From a virus (taxonomy: Duplodnaviria > Caudoviricetes), in the IMG/VR virus record IMGVR_UViG_3300030117_007612, positions 139,369 to 203,368 of that record: a stretch of 64,000 nucleotides of DNA, one strand, 5' to 3'. Position 1 is the first letter of the stretch; every line of letters starts with the position of its first letter. This document shows positions 29,206 through 37,242 of the stretch, in pieces. The position numbers and the translations under genes are program-made. The notes beneath the pieces were generated by a model that saw only the letters and a list, made by a program, of their open reading frames with translations, ran no database searches and was not told where the DNA came from.

Positions 29206-29327
29206 GAGGCCTTAAGGACAGAATTACTTCATCTTTTATATTTGCATATGTCGCCGCGGCGGTTATATTAGGAATAGGAATAGAAATAATTGCTGAAAAT
29301 TTTAGAAATGCCAAGGAGGCAAAATGA
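29202..29327 (+). CDS. Small single-TM membrane protein (41 aa)
   Basis: Manually translated MRGLKDRITSSFIFAYVAAAVILGIGIEII...; ATGA overlaps at both ends. Confidence 0.55.
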   Translation: MRGLKDRITSSFIFAYVAAAVILGIGIEIIAENFRNAKEAK

Positions 29328-29818
29328 ATGATAAAACACAGAAGATCATGTTCAGCTCAAAGTCAAACGAATGGGAGACTCCGAAAGATTTTTTTGAAAA
29401 ACTAAATTGGAGATTTGGGCCCTTCACCCTTGATCCGTGCGCTAGCGAGGAGACTGCTAAGTGTGTAAAATATTACACTGCCAATGATGACGGACTTAGC
29501 AAAGATTGGGAAAATAACACGGTTTTTGTAAACCCACCCTACGGCAGGGAAATCAACAGTTGGATCAAGAAAGCTTTTGACGAGAGCAAAAATGAAAACA
29601 CAACAGTTGTAATGTTAATCCCTGCGAGAACGGATACTCGATACTGGCATGATTATGTGATGAAGGCAAAGGAAGTACACTTTGTTAAAGGCCGGCTCAA
29701 ATTTGGCGACTCAAGTAATTCAGCGCCATTTCCATCGGCAGTCGTGGTGTTCAGCAACACCGCCGACTCCGGAAGCAACTACGGCGATTATCCTAAAACA
29801 TATACGATGAGTCGCTGA
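29324..29818 (+). CDS. Phage DNA N6-adenine methyltransferase
   Basis: EWETP, F.LDPCA, DGL..DW, VFVNPPYG, LIPARTDT.YWH, GRLKF. Confidence 0.9.
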   Translation: MNDKTQKIMFSSKSNEWETPKDFFEKLNWRFGPFTLDPCASEETAKCVKYYTANDDGLSKDWENNTVFVNPPYGREINSWIKKAFDESKNENTTVVMLIPARTDTRYWHDYVMKAKEVHFVKGRLKFGDSSNSAPFPSAVVVFSNTADSGSNYGDYPKTYTMSR

Positions 29819-29823
29819 TTGTA

Positions 29824-30531
29824 ATGTCTTTTGTTTCGCAGAATCACAAGTTGTGCTTCATACACGTTCCAAAAGCCGGCGGCAGCAGTATATCTGAGGC
29901 GTTAAAAAAATCCGTGCCGGCTGTAATTTATTCACGTAAACGACAATTTGGATCTGAATACCCGGATCCTTATCGTTGGTCGGGTAGTGGCCATCATACA
30001 ATTCTTGATTATCAACAAGAATTTAAAAGATCGCCCGACTGGTCCTTTGCGATTATTAGAAATCCCTATGAGAGATGCGTGTCCGCATTTATGGTGCATT
30101 CTGATTATGGAAAGAAATATTATTCACAAGGTGCTACTGATGAAAGAATGTTGCATGAATGGGAAAAATATTTGATATTTTGTGAAAACTGGAACAAATC
30201 AAGGTCAAAAATTTTCCGGCGCAATAATAGTACGTTGGATTCATCTTATGGATTCTTTCATTCTGGCCCGGCAATTCATATGCTGCCATCTCATTATATG
30301 ATATCAATCGAGGATAAAATTGCAGTCAACAAATTGGTGGCTATGAGGGATATACATAAAATACCATCAATCGTTGAACATCATACGGGAATTAAAATTT
30401 TTAATATTCTTCACGAGAACAAATCTGATTCAAAAAACTTTTATGATTTATTTTTAACTAATGAAAATAAAAGAATCATTGAAAGGATTTATGGGAAAGA
30501 TTTTGAACTTTACGAGAGAGCACATGAATAG
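29824..30531 (+). CDS. Sulfotransferase family 2 protein
   Basis: 5'-PSB loop FIHVPKAGGSSI, RNPYERCVS, Y..DFELY. Confidence 0.85.
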   Translation: MSFVSQNHKLCFIHVPKAGGSSISEALKKSVPAVIYSRKRQFGSEYPDPYRWSGSGHHTILDYQQEFKRSPDWSFAIIRNPYERCVSAFMVHSDYGKKYYSQGATDERMLHEWEKYLIFCENWNKSRSKIFRRNNSTLDSSYGFFHSGPAIHMLPSHYMISIEDKIAVNKLVAMRDIHKIPSIVEHHTGIKIFNILHENKSDSKNFYDLFLTNENKRIIERIYGKDFELYERAHE

Positions 30532-30769
30532 AGCACAAAAAAGAAAACTTAAAAAGCAGGCAAAGAATAGTGAGATGCTAGCCGAACAGATGAGCCTTTT
30601 TGAGAAATTACCAATTAAATGTAATGTTTGTGAAAAATCATTTGACAAAACCGATAGAGAAATGGTATTCTCTTGGAAGGTTGTCGTGAAAGAAAAGGAA
30701 CAGGTCGTCAGACTATTTTGCCCCGACTGTCATGACATTGCAACAAAGGTTGTAAACAATGCTGATTGA
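30524..30769 (+). CDS. Hypothetical zinc-finger protein
   Basis: CNVC...CPDC; start set at ATG 30524. Confidence 0.65.
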   Translation: MNRAQKRKLKKQAKNSEMLAEQMSLFEKLPIKCNVCEKSFDKTDREMVFSWKVVVKEKEQVVRLFCPDCHDIATKVVNNAD

Positions 30770-31118
30770 AAATTTAGATTTAAAAACATTTAAAAACTTA
30801 AGAAGTGATGGCACCCCTTCCCTAATAAAGTTTTATAGCAATGGTTGTCACTATTGTCACAAGTTGTCCGGCCTATTGGAAGGCATTGCGGAAAATTTTC
30901 CAGATTTAAAATTCTACAAAATCAACATTGACAAATATCCAACAATGCCCAAGGCACTAGGCTTCAGCGGTGTGCCGACAATATTGCTTTATAATGTTGT
31001 TCCGAACAAAAAATATTATTTTTTTGAAGAACCAGATTTTCCAAACAACCACACATGGTATAGCAAACTATACATCGAAAGAAATATAAAAAAATATTAT
31101 GGAGAAATACAAAAATGA
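30759..31118 (+). CDS. Thioredoxin-like protein
   Basis: IKFYSNGCHYC, KINID, GVPTI. Confidence 0.85.
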   Translation: MLIENLDLKTFKNLRSDGTPSLIKFYSNGCHYCHKLSGLLEGIAENFPDLKFYKINIDKYPTMPKALGFSGVPTILLYNVVPNKKYYFFEEPDFPNNHTWYSKLYIERNIKKYYGEIQK

Positions 31119-31354
31119 AATTAAATTTATATTACGCTGCAACAAACCACTACCGCTCAAAAGCACAAGAAGCTTTGGTCGCACTGGAGCTGTTCTTCAA
31201 TGATCCGACAGCAGTTAGCGGACATACAGATTATGTTGCAGAAATCCAAAAATGGACCAACACTTTAACTGACTGTGAACGCGCCTTGGAAACTCTTAAC
31301 AAGTACTTCGGCGCACAAGTAGAGGCGGCTCAAAACCCGCCACAGGACGATTAA
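31115..31354 (+). CDS. Hypothetical protein
   Basis: 79 aa helical ORF in operon. Confidence 0.65.
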   Translation: MKLNLYYAATNHYRSKAQEALVALELFFNDPTAVSGHTDYVAEIQKWTNTLTDCERALETLNKYFGAQVEAAQNPPQDD

Positions 31355-32391
31355 TGAAACTCACAGAGTGTTTAAGTTATGATGATGTCTTGTTGGTGCC
31401 TCAGTACTCTGACATTCAATCTAGATCTGAAATTAACATCGGCGTGAATCTCGACGGGCATCATGTTTTTTCACTGCCAATAGTTGCCTCACCGATGGAT
31501 ACGGTTACTGAGGCGGCCATGGCCATTAAGATGGGCAAACTTGGAGGCATGGCTATCCTACATCGATATAATACCATTGAGGAACAAGTCGAATTAGTAA
31601 GAAACGTACGCGCAGAACTCCCGGCAGATTTGCCAGTGGCTGCAGCAGTCGGTGTTACTGGTGATTATCTTGAACGCGCCACCGCTATAGTTGATAATGG
31701 CGCCAGCATATTATGTCTAGATATAGCTCATGGCCACCATTCTTTAATGAAGGATGCGCTGTTTACACTTAAGACAAATTTAAGCGATGATGTACATATT
31801 ATGGCCGGCAATGTTGCAACAAGGGAAGCCTTTGAAGACTTGGTAGTCTGGGGCGCAGACAGCGTGCGTGTGGGGATAGGCGGCGGCTCAATATGCTCAA
31901 CAAGAATACAAACTGGCCATGGAGTATCAACGCTGCAGTCCATTATAGATTGTTCGAAAGCCAGCCACTCTAGTGGCGTTGCGATTATTGCAGACGGCGG
32001 TATTAAGAACTCTGGCGACATGGTAAAAGCTTTGGCTGCTGGTGCTCACATGGTTATGGTTGGCTCTTTGCTGGCCGGAACAACCGAGACACCGGGAGAG
32101 ATTATCAAAAACAAGGATGGTAGGGAATACAAGGTATATCGTGGCATGGCCAGCAAGGAAGCTCAAATGAAGTGGCGTGGTAAGACTAGTTCACTGGAGG
32201 GAATCTCAGCATTTGTCGCCAGCAAGGGCCCGCTAGCGCAGGTCGTCAACGAACTAGAGACGGGCATAAGATCGGGGTTTTCTTATTCGGGCGCCCGCTG
32301 CCTGAATGAATTACACGCAAACGTTAAATTCATCAAACAAACAAACGCCAGCATCAGTGAAAGCAGCACGCATATTTTGAAGAGTAACTAA
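31354..32391 (+). CDS. IMP dehydrogenase / GMP reductase family protein (no CBS domains)
   Basis: YDDVLLVP, SPMDTV, DIAHGH, GNVAT, GIGGGSICSTR, ADGGIK, YRGMAS. Confidence 0.92.
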   Translation: MKLTECLSYDDVLLVPQYSDIQSRSEINIGVNLDGHHVFSLPIVASPMDTVTEAAMAIKMGKLGGMAILHRYNTIEEQVELVRNVRAELPADLPVAAAVGVTGDYLERATAIVDNGASILCLDIAHGHHSLMKDALFTLKTNLSDDVHIMAGNVATREAFEDLVVWGADSVRVGIGGGSICSTRIQTGHGVSTLQSIIDCSKASHSSGVAIIADGGIKNSGDMVKALAAGAHMVMVGSLLAGTTETPGEIIKNKDGREYKVYRGMASKEAQMKWRGKTSSLEGISAFVASKGPLAQVVNELETGIRSGFSYSGARCLNELHANVKFIKQTNASISESSTHILKSN

Positions 32392-32726
32392 TGTCAGATA
32401 TTGAATATGGCAAGCAACAAAAAAGAATTATATTCAACGAGTCGGATCATCGACATGCGAAGCTAAAAATTCAATTGAAGCATGATGGCATGTCCCAAGC
32501 GACATTTTTTCGATCAATTATTACAGGCTACCTCAATAAAGATTCTAGAATTATTGATTTTATTGAGGATTATAGAAAGGAAAACAAAATACAAAGCAAG
32601 GACAATATCAAAAAATCAAGAAAATTAATTGACGAAGGTATTGAAAATGCGAAAAAATTCTCATTTGAGGATAGTGAAATAGAAAACATATTCGATCTAA
32701 TAGAAAAGGAGTATCCAGAATTATGA
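32391..32726 (+). CDS. Hypothetical protein
   Basis: 111 aa ORF coupled to upstream stop. Confidence 0.65.
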   Translation: MSDIEYGKQQKRIIFNESDHRHAKLKIQLKHDGMSQATFFRSIITGYLNKDSRIIDFIEDYRKENKIQSKDNIKKSRKLIDEGIENAKKFSFEDSEIENIFDLIEKEYPEL

Positions 32727-33001
32727 ATAAGATAGGTGAAATTGTAGCACATTTTTCAAAGAAAAACGACATCATCAACTTTGGTGTCATTGTCAATCAA
32801 GAAAAGAGAGAAGAGACCGATTGGATTAAAGTCAAGTGGACCAACAGAGAATTCAGCCCAGATGACGACATTCTGTCCGAGGAGTTGTGGATCTCAAAAG
32901 GTGATGTGGAGATTGTCGAACCGTTTGGCCTGATTAGTGATTTGCATTTAGCAATGATTGAGCAGGCTAAGGTACATTTTGTAAGAAATGAAAGGCAATA
33001 G
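32723..33001 (+). CDS. Hypothetical protein, possibly SH3-like
   Basis: KIGEIV...GVIV...VKW pattern. Confidence 0.5.
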   Translation: MNKIGEIVAHFSKKNDIINFGVIVNQEKREETDWIKVKWTNREFSPDDDILSEELWISKGDVEIVEPFGLISDLHLAMIEQAKVHFVRNERQ

Positions 33002-33260
33002 ATCTGTGGACGGCCTTCGGCCTTGTTCACGAAAATGTATATCTTCGAAAGTGTCCTGTCCCGCTAAAGACTGCCGGCAGTGGATAGATTATGAGGAAGA
33101 TTATAACTGTTGTCTCATAACAGTTTTTAATCACGGCCCCCTCACCTTAAGAGAGGTTTCTCTAAGAGTTGGTGTCACCTTTGCTAGGATCAAACAAATT
33201 GAATCCAAGGCGTTAAAAAAAATTAAAAACATTCTATCTGACGAAAACCCGTTTTTTTAG
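32988..33260 (+). CDS. Stand-alone sigma70 region 4 HTH protein with Cys-rich N-terminus
   Basis: LTLREVSLRVGVTFARIKQIESKALKKIK; six Cys in the N-terminal half. Confidence 0.8.
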   Translation: MKGNRSVDGLRPCSRKCISSKVSCPAKDCRQWIDYEEDYNCCLITVFNHGPLTLREVSLRVGVTFARIKQIESKALKKIKNILSDENPFF

Positions 33261-33278
33261 CTTTTTAAACATGGGGAC

Positions 33279-33286
33279 ACTATTTA
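33279..33286 (+). promoter_or_regulatory. Putative late promoter motif ACTATTTA
   Basis: Upstream of acidic scaffold-like gene. Confidence 0.55.
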
Positions 33287-33318
33287 ATACAGAACACGTT
33301 AAAGGAGTTTTAAATATT

Positions 33319-33915
33319 ATGAGTAAAAAGTTATTAAGCGAAGCAGAATTTAGAAAATTCGCTAAATTAGCTAATCTCGAAACACTTGCCGAGAAGAAGA
33401 TTGATGAAATCTATGCGGCAGACGAGGAGCCTGTTGAGGAAGAAGTTTCATTCGACGATGAGGAGACTCTCGAAGAAGAAGAAGAACTTGAGACCGAGGA
33501 GATGGACCTTGATGCCGATCTTGGGGGAATGGAAGAAGAGCCGCCAGTTGATGATGTGCCTGAGCCTGTGGATGATTTAGATGCAGGTGGTGAGGTTATG
33601 CTGTCGACAGAAGATGCTCAAAGCGTTGCCGCGGCATTGCCGGCAATGGAAAAAATTGCTGCAGCAGTAGGCGAAGGCGAGGATGAATTGCCCGGCGAGC
33701 CAGAAGCTGAAGTAGATTTGGATGCGGAACTTGGAGGGGGTGAGGAAGAAGAAGTTCCCATGCAAGAAGAAGAAAGCGACGAAGTAGAACTCAACGAAGA
33801 AGATTTAATCGAAGTTGTAGCCCAACGGGTGGCACAGCGTCTCCAAAAAGAAAAGAACATGGAAGACGTGGTATCACAACTTGCAGAGAGAATTCTTAAA
33901 AAGTTGGAAAATTAA
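33319..33915 (+). CDS. Highly acidic protein, prohead core/scaffold-like
   Basis: Glu/Asp-rich centre, several L-x-E sites, helical ends; start set at ATG 33319 with AAGGAG SD. Confidence 0.55.
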   Translation: MSKKLLSEAEFRKFAKLANLETLAEKKIDEIYAADEEPVEEEVSFDDEETLEEEEELETEEMDLDADLGGMEEEPPVDDVPEPVDDLDAGGEVMLSTEDAQSVAAALPAMEKIAAAVGEGEDELPGEPEAEVDLDAELGGGEEEEVPMQEEESDEVELNEEDLIEVVAQRVAQRLQKEKNMEDVVSQLAERILKKLEN

Positions 33916-33941
33916 TTTGTCAATCAATTAACGTGTTATAG

Positions 33942-33976
33942 ATGCCACTGTTTTTGCTTGACAGTGGCATTTTTTT
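33942..33976 (+). terminator. Intrinsic terminator overlapping a promoter
   Basis: ATGCCACTG-N11-CAGTGGCAT followed by T run. Confidence 0.65.
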
Positions 33977-33986
33977 ATGATATAAT
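33958..33986 (+). promoter_or_regulatory. Sigma70-type promoter
   Basis: TTGACA-N17-TATAAT. Confidence 0.75.
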
Positions 33987-34379
33987 GTGCTAGCTATGGA
34001 AATGTTTTTATATACTGTTTTGGTTTTTATTTTTGGTATTGTCACCGCTAAAGTTTTTGGTGGATTATTTTCTCTAGGACTGTCGGTTGCGATCATAAGA
34101 AACGCAGTAGAGACCTCTTTGAGGCTGCTGGGCGCCGCCGCTGTTGATATGGCATACATCAAGCAAATTAAATATAAAACCTTGATAGAGTGCGGCGAGT
34201 CAGAGAAAAATATTGACGCGCTTTGCCATATTCAAGAAGAAGAATTTAGCCGCTGGAAAAGGCAAAGCATTCAGAATATAAAGTCTACCTTATCTGACAG
34301 ATATGAATTTATGGCCGATTTTAGCGACTGGGAACAAGCAATGGAGAAGCTGAGTGAGATTTATAAAAAAAACAATTAA
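33987..34379 (+). CDS. Hypothetical membrane protein
   Basis: N-terminal hydrophobic segment of about 35 aa. Confidence 0.6.
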   Translation: MLAMEMFLYTVLVFIFGIVTAKVFGGLFSLGLSVAIIRNAVETSLRLLGAAAVDMAYIKQIKYKTLIECGESEKNIDALCHIQEEEFSRWKRQSIQNIKSTLSDRYEFMADFSDWEQAMEKLSEIYKKNN

Positions 34380-35031
34380 AGATATTATAAAAGAAGTATT
34401 GGAGGACAACGGAGCCCAAAAGGAAACTAAAGCTGATGATGAGAAGAAAATATCTATCGTAACAGCCGGCGACTTGTTGGGGGATTTAAAAATAACAGAC
34501 GACGCAGTACACAGAATCGGGCTATTTTCTGATTTAGATGCTGAAAAGACAGCAGACATTGTGTACTCGCTACTACAATTCATGCCAACGGAAAATAAGA
34601 AAGAAGAAGAAAGGAAGCCAATCGAATTTCACATTTCAACATACGGCGGCTGCGCTGACGATATGTTTGCAATTTATGATCTTATGAAAAAGGTGCAGGA
34701 CTTGGAACAAGAGATTCACACCACTGGCTGGGGCAAGGTTATGTCAGCCGGGGTGCTTCTATTGGCTTCTGGTACAAAGGGTAAGCGCCAAATAGGCAAA
34801 AACTGTAGGGTCATGATTCATGCTGTTAATGCGGGAAATGCTGGCGCCTTGCACGATCTTGTTAACGAGATGGAGGCGATCCAAAACATTCAAGAGATGT
34901 ACATCGATGCACTTGTTAACGAAACTACGATGACAAAAACTCAGCTAAAAAAGCTGATTGAGAAAAAGGTGAATGTTTATTTGTCTGCCGAAGAGGCTGT
35001 TGAGTTGGGTATCGCTGACGTGATTGTTTAG
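34354..35031 (+). CDS. clpP: ClpP-family protease
   Basis: ISTYGG...FAIYD, GKVMSAG (Ser), VMIH (His), YLSAEEAVELG.AD. Confidence 0.88.
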   Translation: MRFIKKTIKDIIKEVLEDNGAQKETKADDEKKISIVTAGDLLGDLKITDDAVHRIGLFSDLDAEKTADIVYSLLQFMPTENKKEEERKPIEFHISTYGGCADDMFAIYDLMKKVQDLEQEIHTTGWGKVMSAGVLLLASGTKGKRQIGKNCRVMIHAVNAGNAGALHDLVNEMEAIQNIQEMYIDALVNETTMTKTQLKKLIEKKVNVYLSAEEAVELGIADVIV

Positions 35032-35037
35032 GAGGAT

Positions 35038-35673
35038 ATGGCAATGGCAACTATTAAGGGATGGCATGCTTCTTTAATTGTAGATAAGATTAAAAGAACA
35101 TTTGATGAGAAGGGGTATGTTTTTTTTGACGGAAATATTTCATGGAACGTTAATATTGTGGGTGTGAGGAATTCAAACCCAAAAGCCAATAGGTTTGATG
35201 ACATGCTATTGGCTATATACCGCAATGGTCGCAAAAAATGGGAAGTGCGAACCTATCAAATAACGACGGATCCCGGTAAATACTGGCTAAAGAAGCCGAT
35301 GAATGTTGCCGGCACAGCAATTGTCGTTCCGAATCAATACAGATCAATTTATAAAATTGGCAAGCACAGGGGAGTTTATGAAGCACTTGTGCAAACCGGC
35401 GGCCCTATATCTGTATATCGCGACTCAGATAAGGATGAAATTCTAGACATGGAGCCAGATACAGTAACTAGTGGGTACTATGGAGTGAATATCCATAAAT
35501 CCGGCCGTGTCGAATCGACTAAGGTAGAAAAATGGTCTGCCGGATGTCAAGTTTTTGCGAGAGCTTCTGAGTTCTCTGATTTTATGAAACTAATTAAGAA
35601 GTCTGGAAGTTTATATGGTGACACTTTTTCTTACACCCTAATTACTGAAGAAGATTGGAGTATGATAGCGTGA
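35038..35673 (+). CDS. L,D-transpeptidase (YkuD)-like protein, candidate cell-wall enzyme
   Basis: H-x14-S-x-G-C catalytic motif: NIHKSGRVESTKVEKWSAGCQV. Confidence 0.6.
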   Translation: MAMATIKGWHASLIVDKIKRTFDEKGYVFFDGNISWNVNIVGVRNSNPKANRFDDMLLAIYRNGRKKWEVRTYQITTDPGKYWLKKPMNVAGTAIVVPNQYRSIYKIGKHRGVYEALVQTGGPISVYRDSDKDEILDMEPDTVTSGYYGVNIHKSGRVESTKVEKWSAGCQVFARASEFSDFMKLIKKSGSLYGDTFSYTLITEEDWSMIA

Positions 35674-37190
35674 GTCTTGAAGAATTAATATTAAAACATC
35701 ACGGTAAAGACTTTACGCTCAATCAATTAATTGAAATGGTCGAGCAGGTCGTTGACTCGGGCTTGATTACGGAGCGAGAGCCAGCACCCGAGAAGATTCA
35801 AGACAAAGAATTGTCCGTAACGATGCCCATTATTCGAATATCAGAAAAGATGTGGGGTAAGGAAGGTTCACAAGATCGGGAAATTATCCAAAAGCTCCTA
35901 GGAAGAATTGTTCAATACGGCACAACTCTAAAGGATAAGATTGATTTAATTAACGATTTCCTAACCAACCCGCCACAAACAGATGATGTTTCCGAAATTT
36001 TAACTAACATTGTCCTGTTGGACACCTTGACCAATATTATGGTGCACTTCAATGCATCTGCTGCCGGTTTTACATTTGAAGGATTTTTGTCGGCGCTCTT
36101 GTCCGGACAGCAGGTGCCGGCAGGTACTGCTGGAATTCAAGACCTAATCGACGCAGACGATAATCCGATAAGCTTGAAGCTGTTGACCGAGAAGCCGGGC
36201 GATGTACACGGCAGCTATAGAGATCTGGTGGATCACTTCATTGATCCCGGCGCCGCCAAGCAAGATCCGGAGAGCGGCCAATATGTTGGTAGCGCCGGCG
36301 CCGAGGGCAAGATGACCTATGTTGTCGCCCTTAAGTCGTTTAGGGAAAAAGAGGCAGGAGAAAAACTAAAAGGAAAAGAATACATCAGATTTTTCCAATT
36401 TGATTTTACCGCAGAAACATTCTTTGAATCGCTGGTTAGCAACAAAAACAATGTGCCCCTGCTTCTTTTGCCGAAAGATCTGAATGCTGCCCCTGAAATT
36501 GGTGGCGAGATGGAGACAGAACAAAATGTCGATTTCCTCTCTGATGAACAAGTAGCCAACCTTCATGGAACATCAAAGAAGGTGTATAATTATCTCGTAT
36601 CGGTGTATGATGCAAGCTATTTGAATCAGGTTCTGCCCACGATTGAACTTAAGCCATCTGCCGGCGGCAAAAAGATGATAATCGTGTCCAAAGAGACAGG
36701 CGAGCCACTCAAAAGAAGTGACGTTGAGCTGCCACCAGCGGATCCACGCAGAAAGCAAGTAGCACAAAGGGGACACGAAGGATACAGGTCTTATGCCGAA
36801 TCGGTGAACATATTAAAAGCCGCCCTCGCGCGAAACAAGAATGAATTTTGGACTCTTATTTCTAAAACTTCTGGCTATACCGGTGCAGCCGGCGAAACGC
36901 AATTTATTATTGGCGCAAACTACTATAAAGAAAAGGGCTATGATAAAGATGGCTTTGGCTATGTTGGAATTATCTACGTCGGCCGTCAAGCGGTCACAGA
37001 ATTAGCCGAGAGATATGCTGATGTTCTTAACCAGCAGATTTTTGATCTATTCTCAAAAGTGCAAAATCTCTCAGAGCAGATCAATGCCTATTTTGTCGCC
37101 GGCGACAAATCAGAGGGCATTGCCGCGGCAAACACAGCAGGCACAATTAAGTCAGAAACTGAAGATTATATGAAAAAAACTAAATCATAG
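35670..37190 (+). CDS. Hypothetical protein with possible PD-(D/E)xK nuclease-like core
   Basis: GFTFEGFL...QDL...ISLK; start set at GTG 35670 (GTGA overlap, GGAG SD); CTAATTA late-like motifs at 35589 and 35638. Confidence 0.45.
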   Translation: MSLEELILKHHGKDFTLNQLIEMVEQVVDSGLITEREPAPEKIQDKELSVTMPIIRISEKMWGKEGSQDREIIQKLLGRIVQYGTTLKDKIDLINDFLTNPPQTDDVSEILTNIVLLDTLTNIMVHFNASAAGFTFEGFLSALLSGQQVPAGTAGIQDLIDADDNPISLKLLTEKPGDVHGSYRDLVDHFIDPGAAKQDPESGQYVGSAGAEGKMTYVVALKSFREKEAGEKLKGKEYIRFFQFDFTAETFFESLVSNKNNVPLLLLPKDLNAAPEIGGEMETEQNVDFLSDEQVANLHGTSKKVYNYLVSVYDASYLNQVLPTIELKPSAGGKKMIIVSKETGEPLKRSDVELPPADPRRKQVAQRGHEGYRSYAESVNILKAALARNKNEFWTLISKTSGYTGAAGETQFIIGANYYKEKGYDKDGFGYVGIIYVGRQAVTELAERYADVLNQQIFDLFSKVQNLSEQINAYFVAGDKSEGIAAANTAGTIKSETEDYMKKTKS

Positions 37191-37193
37191 TTC

Positions 37194-37222
37194 TTGACAT
37201 TGTTGCATTATTTGATTATAAT
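37194..37222 (+). promoter_or_regulatory. Sigma70-type promoter
   Basis: TTGACA-N17-TATAAT. Confidence 0.8.
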
Positions 37223-37242
37223 ACTTATACCACGGAGGGAAA

